A stretch of 42,332 bases of DNA, taken from positions 1-42,332 of the IMG/VR virus record IMGVR_UViG_3300012667_000485; one strand, given 5' to 3'. Both the position numbers and the translations under genes were made by a program. Below the pieces are notes generated by a model. The model ran no database searches and was not told the origin of the DNA. It saw nothing but the letters and a program-made list of their open reading frames with translations. Source of the stretch: a virus. Taxonomy: Duplodnaviria > Caudoviricetes. Shown piece after piece: positions 33,582 to 42,332 of this stretch. Within the stretch, counting starts at the first letter, position 1; the number at the start of each line of letters is the position of its first letter.

Positions 33582-33995
33582 ATGGCAACATTTGCTCAAA
33601 TGCTGGCACGTTTCAAACAGTTTGACCCAATAGAGGCAACTGGCGAAGCTATGCTGGAAAATAAAGAGCAAATAATTGGCATTAATCAAGATGAATTGTA
33701 TGAGCGAGGTGTTGGTAGGGATGGGCGGAAATTAGCCCCTTATTCGCCACAATACGCAAAGAAAAAGCGCAATCCAGACATAGTAGACATATACCAAACT
33801 GGTAGGCTTTATTCTCAGATGAATTTGCGTGTAGATGGTGACGAATACGAAATAAATAGTAGTGTTCCGTATAGTGTGTATGTGCAAGCTAAACGACCTA
33901 CTATTTATGGGTTGACTGAGTTAGGTAAAAAAGAAACATGGGTAATCATACAGCCCGACTTTGTAGCGAACTTTAAACGGATAGTTAATTTATGA
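33582..33995 (+). CDS. Tail completion/neck protein (HK97 gp10 / virion morphogenesis-like)
   Basis: NQDELYERG..RDG..L.PYS..YA..K...DIYQTGRLYSQM...IYGLT. Confidence 0.65.
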   Translation: MATFAQMLARFKQFDPIEATGEAMLENKEQIIGINQDELYERGVGRDGRKLAPYSPQYAKKKRNPDIVDIYQTGRLYSQMNLRVDGDEYEINSSVPYSVYVQAKRPTIYGLTELGKKETWVIIQPDFVANFKRIVNL

Positions 33996-34195
33996 TTGTA
34001 GTAGATAACAAGTTTGAACATGGCGATGTGGTTTATCTAAAAACAGATGAGGAGCAAAGACCACACATAGTTAGCAAAATAGAAATATTTAAAGGTGGTG
34101 AACTTCTATATGGGTTAATAAATAAGAAAGAAGTATCAAGCCACTACGAATTTGAAATTAGCACAGAGAAAAACATCTTAATTAGCGTATTATGA
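33992..34195 (+). CDS. Small hypothetical protein
   Basis: NKFEHGDVVYLKTD; ATGA-coupled. Confidence 0.65.
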   Translation: MIVVDNKFEHGDVVYLKTDEEQRPHIVSKIEIFKGGELLYGLINKKEVSSHYEFEISTEKNILISVL

Positions 34196-34407
34196 GTTGC
34201 CCCGAATGTATAAAAAATGATGCAGCAGAAAAAGCCCAAAAACTTACTAATCTATTACCTAAGTTTAGAAATGAAGCAGCTAATAAAGGGCTTACGGAAT
34301 TTGCCGTTATTGAGACGGTTAACAAAAATCCGCAATACGGTTGGCGACCAATTGGACATGAAGACACAACCCGACTTAAAGTCGCAGGTTACTATATCGT
34401 CTATTAG
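34192..34407 (+). CDS. Small hypothetical protein with N-terminal CxxC
   Basis: MSCPECIK...; ATGA-coupled. Confidence 0.6.
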   Translation: MSCPECIKNDAAEKAQKLTNLLPKFRNEAANKGLTEFAVIETVNKNPQYGWRPIGHEDTTRLKVAGYYIVY

Positions 34408-34963
34408 GGAATTATCACTAAAAACATTCATCAATGGAATATGTTACGGTTCGGAGTTGCCAAACTTCGATGATTTGGTATGTGAGTATTACAGCATTCG
34501 CAATGACCCACACAGTAAGCAGTACGTACTAATAGTATCTGCAATGAAAGCTATGCAATTTAGAGCGCAAATAATCGACAATATTTGCCGTTGCATACTT
34601 ACATACTATCACGAAACGTTTGCCGAAATTTTGCGTGAAGAATACCCACAGTTTGCATTTACAGAAGATAGCTATGTGCAAGATTTAGAGTATGTGCCAA
34701 GAATTGAGAATAACAACAAAATACAATTCGACAAGCTAAAAGCGCAGTTAGATAAGCTGATGGAAGGTAGCGAAAAAGAAGCTACACCCGAAAGTAAATA
34801 TAAAGGCTTTATTTCACGTATCTTTGACATAAATGAAAATGCAAAGTATCAGTGTATTAGCTTAGAACACAGCAGCACTTATGATTTTGCTATTGCATTG
34901 GAACGGTTAGAAAAACATATTGAGTATTTGGAAGCGCAAGCCCAAAAAAATAAGATACAATAA
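34358..34963 (+). CDS. Putative tail assembly chaperone
   Basis: Helical protein immediately upstream of the tape measure gene; start uncertain (frame open from 34217). Confidence 0.55.
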   Translation: MKTQPDLKSQVTISSIRELSLKTFINGICYGSELPNFDDLVCEYYSIRNDPHSKQYVLIVSAMKAMQFRAQIIDNICRCILTYYHETFAEILREEYPQFAFTEDSYVQDLEYVPRIENNNKIQFDKLKAQLDKLMEGSEKEATPESKYKGFISRIFDINENAKYQCISLEHSSTYDFAIALERLEKHIEYLEAQAQKNKIQ

Positions 34964-37900
34964 TGGCAGATTTAGTAAGTGAGATAATTAGTCAGGGGGC
35001 GTTAGACCAGTTAGAATTGGCAAACGCTCAGTTGGAGTTAGCGGTTAAGAATGTTAACAATGTAGCTAGTGCCGCAAAGGGTATTGTTATTGATTTTAAA
35101 GGTGCTGCAAATATCGGTGAACTTAATGCAGCAATGGCAAAACAAGCCGAAAATATCAACACTATTACTGAGGCTACAAAGAAATATGAAGCGGCAGTTG
35201 ATAAAAAACAAAGAGCGATTGAAATTGCAGAACGTAGAGCGCAAGCTGAAATAGAGAAAACGCAAAAAGCATCAGAAAAAGCAGCTAAACAAGCTGAAAT
35301 GGATGCTGAAACTAAGCGCAAAAATGCAGAACGTGAAGAAAAGGCACTAGCAAAACTAAACAACGCATACGAGCAATTAAAAGTACAGTATAAGGCGGCA
35401 GCAGATGAGGCAAAAAAACTAGGGGCGCAATTTGGAGTTAATGACGCAAAAGCAAGGGCGGCAGCAGATAGCGCAATGAAGCTATATAACAGCTTGTTAG
35501 CGGTTGAAAAATCGGTAGGACAAGCACAAAGGCAGGTAGGTCAGTATAATCAGGCTGCATTTGCAATGCAGCAAGTATTGAGAGAAACCCCAGCTTTTGC
35601 GTATAGTTTTGCTACTGGTATATCTGCAATATCGAACAATATACCGCCACTAATAGACGCATTAAAGCAAGCAAAGCAATCAAATGACGCTTTAGTTGCA
35701 TCGGGTGGCACTTCTATACCTATATGGAAAACATTAGGCAAAGAATTACTATCATTTGGCGGTATTGCTACTATATTGGTAGGTGTTGGAACTATCGTAG
35801 CGGCACAATGGAAAAACATATCAGGATACTTTAAAAAAGCAGGAGAGGAACTATCTAAATTTACAGCAGAAGCTAGTAAAAATGCAGCGCAAGAAATGTC
35901 AAATGCTAAAGTATTAGCGGCAGTAGCGGCAAATACAAAAGAGGCTATGAATATAAGGATAGAGGCGGTAAAAGAATTACAGTCTTTATACCCTCACTAT
36001 TTGGGCAATATGTCGCAAGAGGCTATACTAGCAGGTGAAACAGCTAGTGCAATGGAGCGGCTAAATGAAGCATTAATAAACAAGTCAATTATGGAGGCTT
36101 ATTCCGAAAAAGTAGGCGAACAGGCTGGTAAATTTGCAGAACTAACAGATAAATTAAATGAGGCGCAAAAGGTACTTGTTGATTTAGAAGCTAAAGAAAG
36201 AAAGTCGTTTGAACTGCTTAATCAAGTACAGTATGGTAAAAGTGAAGGGGCGGTAAATCTTAATCAGTCATTACGCAATCAAGTTGCAGCAACAAAAAAA
36301 GAGATTACATCGTTACAGAAAGACATAACAGATACAGAAAATAAAATGAAGGAATACCAAAAATCAGCAGAGATGTTTGGCAAAAAGGCGGCTGGTGTTT
36401 TGGTAGGTGAAACTAAAGACCCTAAAGCAAAAAAAGAAAAGAAAGTAAAAGACACTACATTTAAATCTGAATCCGATTTACTACGTGCTGAATATGAGTT
36501 AAGCAAACAGCGCACTGAGCAAAACGCAGCTACTTTAAAAGATATAGCCGACAATGAGAAAAACGCACTTAATCAGCGTTTAGATGCCTACATGGAATAT
36601 CAGTCCGAGTTATTCCAGTTGTCAATATTGGAGCGTGATTACATTATTAACCAAGAGAATTTAAAGATAGCTGAATTACAGCGTAAACGTAAAGATGCTA
36701 GTAAGGCAGAACAAGAGAACATAGACGAACAAATAACAGCAGCTAATACACGTATAAAAACAGCTACAGAGAAAACGGCAGGGGAATTTATCGGTATTGA
36801 AAAGAAAGCGGCAGAAGGTAGGCTAAGTATCATTAAAAGTGCAAATGATGAATACATAACCAATCAAGAACAATTTAATCAGCAGCTAAAACAAACTGAA
36901 ATAGCACAATATTTAGTAGAGGAACAACTACTACTAAATGCGCTAAATAGCAAAGAAATGTCAAGGCGTGAATATAACAAACGCCTTGCAGAACTACAGA
37001 AAAAACAACAAATTGCATTCCTGCAAAATGAAATTGAATTTGATAAGAAAATACTTGCTAATCAGTCGCTAACAGCAGAAAAAAGAAAGCAATTTGAAGA
37101 AAAGCTACTAAACGATAAAAAAGCGTTATTTAATGCCGAAAAAGGGATAGCAACACCGCAAAGGCAAGGATTTAGGATAACAGATAGCCTTGCACGCATG
37201 TTTGTGCCTGATGATTTAGAGAACGAAGAGCAATATTTGGAGGAGTTTTACGATAGAACGGTTGAATTAGCAAATCAAGCGGCTAATGCTATTATTGAGG
37301 CTAAAAATAGGCAGTACGAAGAAGAAAATAGACGTCTAGACGAACAGGCACGTAAAATTGAGGCTAACTATCAAGAGCAATCAAGGTTAATAAATGCAAC
37401 GGTAAAAGATGAAACGGAAAGATACAATCAACAGCAAAAGCTATTAGCACAAACCGAGGCACAGCAAGCAGGTATTGAGGATAGAAAGCGAGAAGTAGCA
37501 CGTAGACAAGCACAGGCACAAAAGGCGGCAAGCATAGCAGCTATAATCCAAAATACAGCAGTTGCTATTACTAAAGCCATATCACAATTTACAGTAGGGG
37601 CAGCACCGATAGTAGCCCTTATAGCAGCTAGTGGGGCGGTACAATTAGCGGCAGCAGCTAACACACCTATACCAGCTTATAAAGAAGGTACGACATATCA
37701 CAAAGGCGGTAAGTTTATCGCTGGTGATGGTGGTGAGAAAGAATTGATTATAGCACCTAATAAAAAGCCTTATTGGTCAAACAGCATTTCAACCTTGTAC
37801 GATGAGGCGGAAGGAACGAAAGTAATTCCAAAATCAGCTATGCAATATGCAATGGCTAATACTACCAGCAACGTAGGTAATCTTTCAGCCGCATACGAAG

Positions 37901-38070
37901 CCCGTAACAGTGCGATAATTGCCGAAACGATAGCAAGTATAGTAAGCAGGGAATTCGACAAGACAGGGCGCAAATTAGCGAATGTAATAGTCAACAGCCA
38001 ACCGAAACAAAAACAGACCGAAAGCGTAGCGGATGAATTGCGTAAAATGAGAAACTTACAAGGACTATAA
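34963..38070 (+). CDS. Tail tape measure protein
   Basis: 1035 aa, Ala/Glu/Lys coiled coil, QRQVGQYN motif, hydrophobic segments, C-terminal IPAYKEGT...GDGGEKELI. Confidence 0.92.
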   Translation: MADLVSEIISQGALDQLELANAQLELAVKNVNNVASAAKGIVIDFKGAANIGELNAAMAKQAENINTITEATKKYEAAVDKKQRAIEIAERRAQAEIEKTQKASEKAAKQAEMDAETKRKNAEREEKALAKLNNAYEQLKVQYKAAADEAKKLGAQFGVNDAKARAAADSAMKLYNSLLAVEKSVGQAQRQVGQYNQAAFAMQQVLRETPAFAYSFATGISAISNNIPPLIDALKQAKQSNDALVASGGTSIPIWKTLGKELLSFGGIATILVGVGTIVAAQWKNISGYFKKAGEELSKFTAEASKNAAQEMSNAKVLAAVAANTKEAMNIRIEAVKELQSLYPHYLGNMSQEAILAGETASAMERLNEALINKSIMEAYSEKVGEQAGKFAELTDKLNEAQKVLVDLEAKERKSFELLNQVQYGKSEGAVNLNQSLRNQVAATKKEITSLQKDITDTENKMKEYQKSAEMFGKKAAGVLVGETKDPKAKKEKKVKDTTFKSESDLLRAEYELSKQRTEQNAATLKDIADNEKNALNQRLDAYMEYQSELFQLSILERDYIINQENLKIAELQRKRKDASKAEQENIDEQITAANTRIKTATEKTAGEFIGIEKKAAEGRLSIIKSANDEYITNQEQFNQQLKQTEIAQYLVEEQLLLNALNSKEMSRREYNKRLAELQKKQQIAFLQNEIEFDKKILANQSLTAEKRKQFEEKLLNDKKALFNAEKGIATPQRQGFRITDSLARMFVPDDLENEEQYLEEFYDRTVELANQAANAIIEAKNRQYEEENRRLDEQARKIEANYQEQSRLINATVKDETERYNQQQKLLAQTEAQQAGIEDRKREVARRQAQAQKAASIAAIIQNTAVAITKAISQFTVGAAPIVALIAASGAVQLAAAANTPIPAYKEGTTYHKGGKFIAGDGGEKELIIAPNKKPYWSNSISTLYDEAEGTKVIPKSAMQYAMANTTSNVGNLSAAYEARNSAIIAETIASIVSREFDKTGRKLANVIVNSQPKQKQTESVADELRKMRNLQGL

Positions 38071-38072
38071 TA

Positions 38073-40601
38073 ATGTATAACGATAAATTCAGAATATCAC
38101 TAAGGGCGGCAAACGGCAACTATTATAGTGCTGTACAGAATACTGATAACACATGGACTGTAACAAACGGTGTTAGTGCTGCATACCTAAAACATTTACC
38201 GAAAGGGTGGGATGAAACGGACATAACGTGGGAGCGTAATTTATCCTATTGGGGTGTGTTCCGTTCCCAAACGCAAAAGTTCCAATTTAGCGAAGATGGC
38301 AGGGCTATATTGTTGTCTATACTTGCAGATAAGGGGGTTAATGGGTTTTGCACTATGACCATTGACATATACAATGAAAGTACATTTGCGTTTGATACGT
38401 TTTACACCTCTCAGATTGATTTGTCAGGTGCTAAAGATAGCAAGCGTACACAACTAATGGTAGTAGCTACTTTGGATAGCAAACTATATGAATTGCTAAA
38501 ATCTAAGTCGCAAAGTGAATTTAATATACCTTTTTGGGTGTATAGTGGTGGGTCGTGGGTAGTTAATGCAAATGCTATATTTCTGCAACATACAGGCATT
38601 AAATTGAGGTGGCAGACGCAATATGTAAGTGCCGCAACGCCTACAAATGTATTAGTTCCCCCTAGTGGAGGTGTTGCTGGTTGGAATAGAGGCTCGGTAA
38701 GTGATGGTAGACACTGGATACCAGCATTAAACAAGTATAACGTTGCTCAGAATAACGGTACTACTACTTTTATAGGGAACGACATATTAGAAGTTGTTTT
38801 ACCAGCGTACAACCAGCCGTCAAACTATAACCGTAATTTTAACGGTGCTGATGACATACAGGCATACACAAAAAATCAATGTTTAGTAAAGAATTTAATT
38901 GATAATGCGGCTGGTAACGTAGCTTTAAATGTTAGGGTAATCGGTGAATTTGATGGGGATTTCACTTACAATAACTCAATACTACAAGACCAGTATTTAC
39001 GCATTGTTTTATTTGAAATAGACCAAAATGACGAACCTGTAACCGTAACGGGCAACTATCAATACACTACACTTTACACCCAAACACTACCGCAAACATT
39101 AAGCCCTTACACACCAGTTAGTGCCACATTCGATGTAACAGTACCAATTACCTTACCATTTGGCAAAGCTGGTATTGTTGGCATTATTTATGACGGGGTA
39201 ACTACGGGTATTAGCACATCAAATACAGTAGATTTTGCAGGGTTTAAGCAACTTGAAGCGGTAGTATATAGCGAATTTAATAGCGGCACATCTACTCCAG
39301 TTGATGCACCTATATTCCCTGAGAGTACAATAATAGGATTTAGACCGCATAGATTGCTACAGGAAATAGTTGATTGCTTAGATAGCACCACTACCGATGC
39401 TTACGGATTCCCAGTACAAACAGGTAGCGGATATATTGGGGAGAGTGTATATTTGGCAGACCAAACACTATCATTATCAACAAACATAGATTTAAGACCA
39501 TACCAAACTATTGAAACAAGCGAAAATGCAGTAAGGGGTATAGTGGGCTTTCCATACATGACAAAATCACTTTCAGCATTTTACCAGCAGTGGAGCAAAA
39601 TATGTGGTTTGGGATTGGGTATAATAGGCGATAATAAGATAAAAATTGAGCCTTACGAATACTTTTTTGATGCAGATACACTAATATTTGACTTAGGTAG
39701 CAATGTAGCAGACTTTGAAATAATGCCATTTACAGAGCCTATGGGCAACGTGTTAAATGCAGGGTATGAGCCACTACAGACTAACAAAAACTTTGCTGTA
39801 GATAGCTTTTGTATGCCGATGAAGTGGGAATTGCCACTAAATAAAACACCAAAATCGCTAGACTATCAAGTAAACGAAGTAAACACAGATATTTACTATA
39901 TCGAAAAAGCAAGGGCGCAAAACAACAGTGAAAATAGTAGTCCATCTGCTAGTAATGGTAGCGTATTGATACAAATTACAGAAGATGTAGTGGCGTTCCC
40001 TGACATTACTAATCCAGCAGGTGACGTAGTGGGTGTAAGTGCATACGGGCTAGACCAGTACCCAACAGCGCAAAGCACAAGCGACACCACATCGCCCTAC
40101 ATTAAAGGCATGTATTATCCCGACACTGCTTATAATTTAGGACTAGACCCAGCAAGTAACATTTACAGGAATAGTAAATTTATCCGTTCGTTGTGTGATG
40201 GTCAAGACGATTTTGGTAGTGTAATGTCGTTCCGTAAGATATACCAACAGCAATATAACGACCCAACTACACCAGCTTTAGAGCGTGCAGGTATGTCAAA
40301 GTATTTGAATTATGGGACTGTAATAAATCAAGTTGACGACATACCGCTAACTACAACTAGCAAACTATTTAGACCTTATATATTCCAAGTTACTAGCGAA
40401 TATCCAGTAAATATGTATAGCATAATAAATGCCAATCCATACGGCTATGTTAGCTTTAAATGGCGTGGAGAGGACTTTACAGATACAGAATACAAAGGGT
40501 TTTTACTAGAGGTTAAACAGTCGGCAGCAAATAATAAAGCCACAACATTTAAGTTGTTAGCGCACCCAAGCACAACCGATGCAGACCTAAAGAAAAACTA
40601 A
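38073..40601 (+). CDS. Tail tip/baseplate hub-region structural protein
   Basis: 842 aa, beta-rich, directly after TMP; LPKGWDE.DI.WERN.SYWGVFRS N-terminus. Confidence 0.7.
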   Translation: MYNDKFRISLRAANGNYYSAVQNTDNTWTVTNGVSAAYLKHLPKGWDETDITWERNLSYWGVFRSQTQKFQFSEDGRAILLSILADKGVNGFCTMTIDIYNESTFAFDTFYTSQIDLSGAKDSKRTQLMVVATLDSKLYELLKSKSQSEFNIPFWVYSGGSWVVNANAIFLQHTGIKLRWQTQYVSAATPTNVLVPPSGGVAGWNRGSVSDGRHWIPALNKYNVAQNNGTTTFIGNDILEVVLPAYNQPSNYNRNFNGADDIQAYTKNQCLVKNLIDNAAGNVALNVRVIGEFDGDFTYNNSILQDQYLRIVLFEIDQNDEPVTVTGNYQYTTLYTQTLPQTLSPYTPVSATFDVTVPITLPFGKAGIVGIIYDGVTTGISTSNTVDFAGFKQLEAVVYSEFNSGTSTPVDAPIFPESTIIGFRPHRLLQEIVDCLDSTTTDAYGFPVQTGSGYIGESVYLADQTLSLSTNIDLRPYQTIETSENAVRGIVGFPYMTKSLSAFYQQWSKICGLGLGIIGDNKIKIEPYEYFFDADTLIFDLGSNVADFEIMPFTEPMGNVLNAGYEPLQTNKNFAVDSFCMPMKWELPLNKTPKSLDYQVNEVNTDIYYIEKARAQNNSENSSPSASNGSVLIQITEDVVAFPDITNPAGDVVGVSAYGLDQYPTAQSTSDTTSPYIKGMYYPDTAYNLGLDPASNIYRNSKFIRSLCDGQDDFGSVMSFRKIYQQQYNDPTTPALERAGMSKYLNYGTVINQVDDIPLTTTSKLFRPYIFQVTSEYPVNMYSIINANPYGYVSFKWRGEDFTDTEYKGFLLEVKQSAANNKATTFKLLAHPSTTDADLKKN

Positions 40602-40840
40602 TGGCACTCAGTAACTACAGAAATAGTATTTGCAGTAGGTACATAGGTAGTATTAACTTGTTCGTAATACTCCATTTCTTTACGTGTGTTATCGCAAAGC
40701 TGGTGTGTTGTTACAGATACTTTTGGTGCGCTTGTATTGTCTTGCCTTGTAATGGTGCGTGTACATTCCCAGCACTTATTTTTTTTGCTACACGAGGTCA
40801 GCAACAAAGCAGAAGATAGTATTATGATTATGTGTTTCAT
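40598..40840 (-). CDS. Small lipoprotein (moron), 80 aa
   Basis: MKHIIIILSSALLLTS-C lipobox; own promoter TACTTTTG (40852..40845); antisense to the tail genes. Confidence 0.8.
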   Translation of the reverse strand: MKHIIIILSSALLLTSCSKKNKCWECTRTITRQDNTSAPKVSVTTHQLCDNTRKEMEYYEQVNTTYVPTANTISVVTECH

Positions 40841-40867
40841 TTGACAAAAGTACATTAAATTTGCAAT

Positions 40868-42332
40868 ATGCCAAGTTATGCAATAATAGCCGATTTCCCG
40901 AAGGTTGCAGATTTCCGATTTACGGACATTAACGACCCTACTAGCGGCTTTTACACCAATCAAGGGGGCTTTATTCAGTTTGACCAAAAGCCGATAAATG
41001 ATAGTAGTATGTGGTTTATGACCCCGAAAGAATACTACTTTAAACGGACTTATACAGATGCTTGTACCGTTATATTAAACACTGGTACAGATGCAGCAAC
41101 CGTACCAATATTGGAGTTGTTGAACAATGCAGGTGATGTAGTACTTACGCTAAATATATCGGGAATATATCAGGGTAATGCACCAGCGGGTAGTACTACT
41201 ATTGTAGACCCTATAACTTTAGTAGAAACTACATACACATTAAACTCTCATTATTGGCTATTTAATTTTTCGCAATTAAATACAATTTTAACAGGTACGC
41301 TAACTACAGGCATGTACAGGCTTAGGGCTACTGTTTTCAGCCCTGACATTTCAATATTTAGACAATATATATCAGATGCAATATTGCTATATGAAAAGCA
41401 CTTAGGCACTGTATTGATTGAAAGTAGAAATTTAACTAACCGTAGTAGTCAGGGCATTGTTATTGGCGATTACGGCACGCCAACATTTCAGCATAGAGTT
41501 GAGGGCTGTATATGGGATTACGAGCCTAACGGGGTATATACGGGATATCTACAACAGCAATATTTGTACCTGCAACAAAATGCTATCAACTTTCGTACAT
41601 GGGTATTTTCATTAGGCACTAACACTGAGGGCGTACCGTCACAAGTACATGAGAAGATAAATGAGGCGTTAAGTACTGATTATTGGACTATAGATGGCAA
41701 ACCGTTTCAGTTAAATAAAAATGAAAGCGACGGAGTTAGTAAGTTATGGGAAACAAGCGACCCGAAACTAAGTATTAACCGTTGGGCAAGTACACCAATA
41801 AGGGAACGTTACAGTAATCAGCATGTATTTGTAACTGTTACACCTACACCCGATTTAGAATTATGGACTATACCCGACCCAGAAGTACCTTATGCCGTTG
41901 CTGATTATATCATTTCTACAGGTAGCGAAAGTGTACCTATTAGCAGAATGGTATTTTATGATAGTACAGATGAAGATACATACATAGCGGCATTTGCAGC
42001 ATTATACCCATCTTTAGGCGGTTCGCTCAGTAGAGTTGATGGTGTTATGTATTATGTGCCAGCACCTAGCGAAACACCTGCTATATTTGGAGTTGCACCG
42101 AGAGTTTTAACTACTTACATGGAGTTGAAATTTAGACCGCAAATAACAGGCGGTGCAGGTTTTGGTGTGTCGGGTAGTGGTAGCTTGCAAGTTATTGATT
42201 GGGGGGATAGTTCGGCATTTGAGCAATTTGAATACTTTACAGGCGTGTCTAACTACCAAACGCACACATATACTGCAATGGTTGGATATAGAACAGCAAC
42301 TGTATTCCATAACAACGACATAGGGCAATTAA
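40868..42332 (+). CDS. Tail structural protein, 3'-truncated
   Basis: MPSYAIIADFPKVADFRF...FQHRVEG...IDWGDSS; frame open to the window end (missed by the ORF track); promoter TAAATTTG at 40856. Confidence 0.85.
   Translation, partial: MPSYAIIADFPKVADFRFTDINDPTSGFYTNQGGFIQFDQKPINDSSMWFMTPKEYYFKRTYTDACTVILNTGTDAATVPILELLNNAGDVVLTLNISGIYQGNAPAGSTTIVDPITLVETTYTLNSHYWLFNFSQLNTILTGTLTTGMYRLRATVFSPDISIFRQYISDAILLYEKHLGTVLIESRNLTNRSSQGIVIGDYGTPTFQHRVEGCIWDYEPNGVYTGYLQQQYLYLQQNAINFRTWVFSLGTNTEGVPSQVHEKINEALSTDYWTIDGKPFQLNKNESDGVSKLWETSDPKLSINRWASTPIRERYSNQHVFVTVTPTPDLELWTIPDPEVPYAVADYIISTGSESVPISRMVFYDSTDEDTYIAAFAALYPSLGGSLSRVDGVMYYVPAPSETPAIFGVAPRVLTTYMELKFRPQITGGAGFGVSGSGSLQVIDWGDSSAFEQFEYFTGVSNYQTHTYTAMVGYRTATVFHNNDIGQL

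Noticed and set aside
40988-42106. Apparent ORF-free region (non-coding RNA or recoded gene)
   Set aside because: It is part of one open frame from ATG 40868 to the window edge, omitted by the track because it lacks a stop codon.
1-42332. Stop-codon reassignment
   Set aside because: Large genes are intact in the standard code, and TAA, TAG and TGA are all used as coupled stops.

Overview
An AT-rich, gene-dense stretch of a tailed dsDNA phage genome. It looks siphovirus-like (tail tube and a 1035-aa tape measure, no sheath gene) and most likely infects Bacteroidota, judged from repeated TAnnTTTG -7 promoter boxes, A-rich non-Shine-Dalgarno leaders and Bacteroidota-style export signals. Order: 3' end of an M15 peptidase endolysin (+); leftward small and nucleotide-metabolism genes (DUF4406, DUF3310, MazG-like); a rightward recombination/replication arm (Rad52-like annealase, HNH-AP2, YqaJ exonuclease, DnaA-domain-IV protein, an IbrA/PAPS-reductase + nuclease + IbrB/ParB cassette, SSB, DUF1064, DUF4373 initiator with internal iterons, primase-helicase); a leftward early region with a duplicated gene and repeated promoter/operator boxes; a RepL-like gene; terminases, portal, scaffold, major capsid, neck and tail genes; and a truncated tail gene at the right edge. 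No integrase, CI-like repressor, RNA gene, CRISPR array or reverse transcriptase was seen. The most notable items are two sequence-unrelated but architecturally identical kissing-loop leader RNAs, the IbrA-nuclease-IbrB cassette, a signal-peptide-bearing protein directly after the major capsid gene, and an antisense lipoprotein moron in the tail module. All calls come from reading motifs and synteny; no database searches were run.
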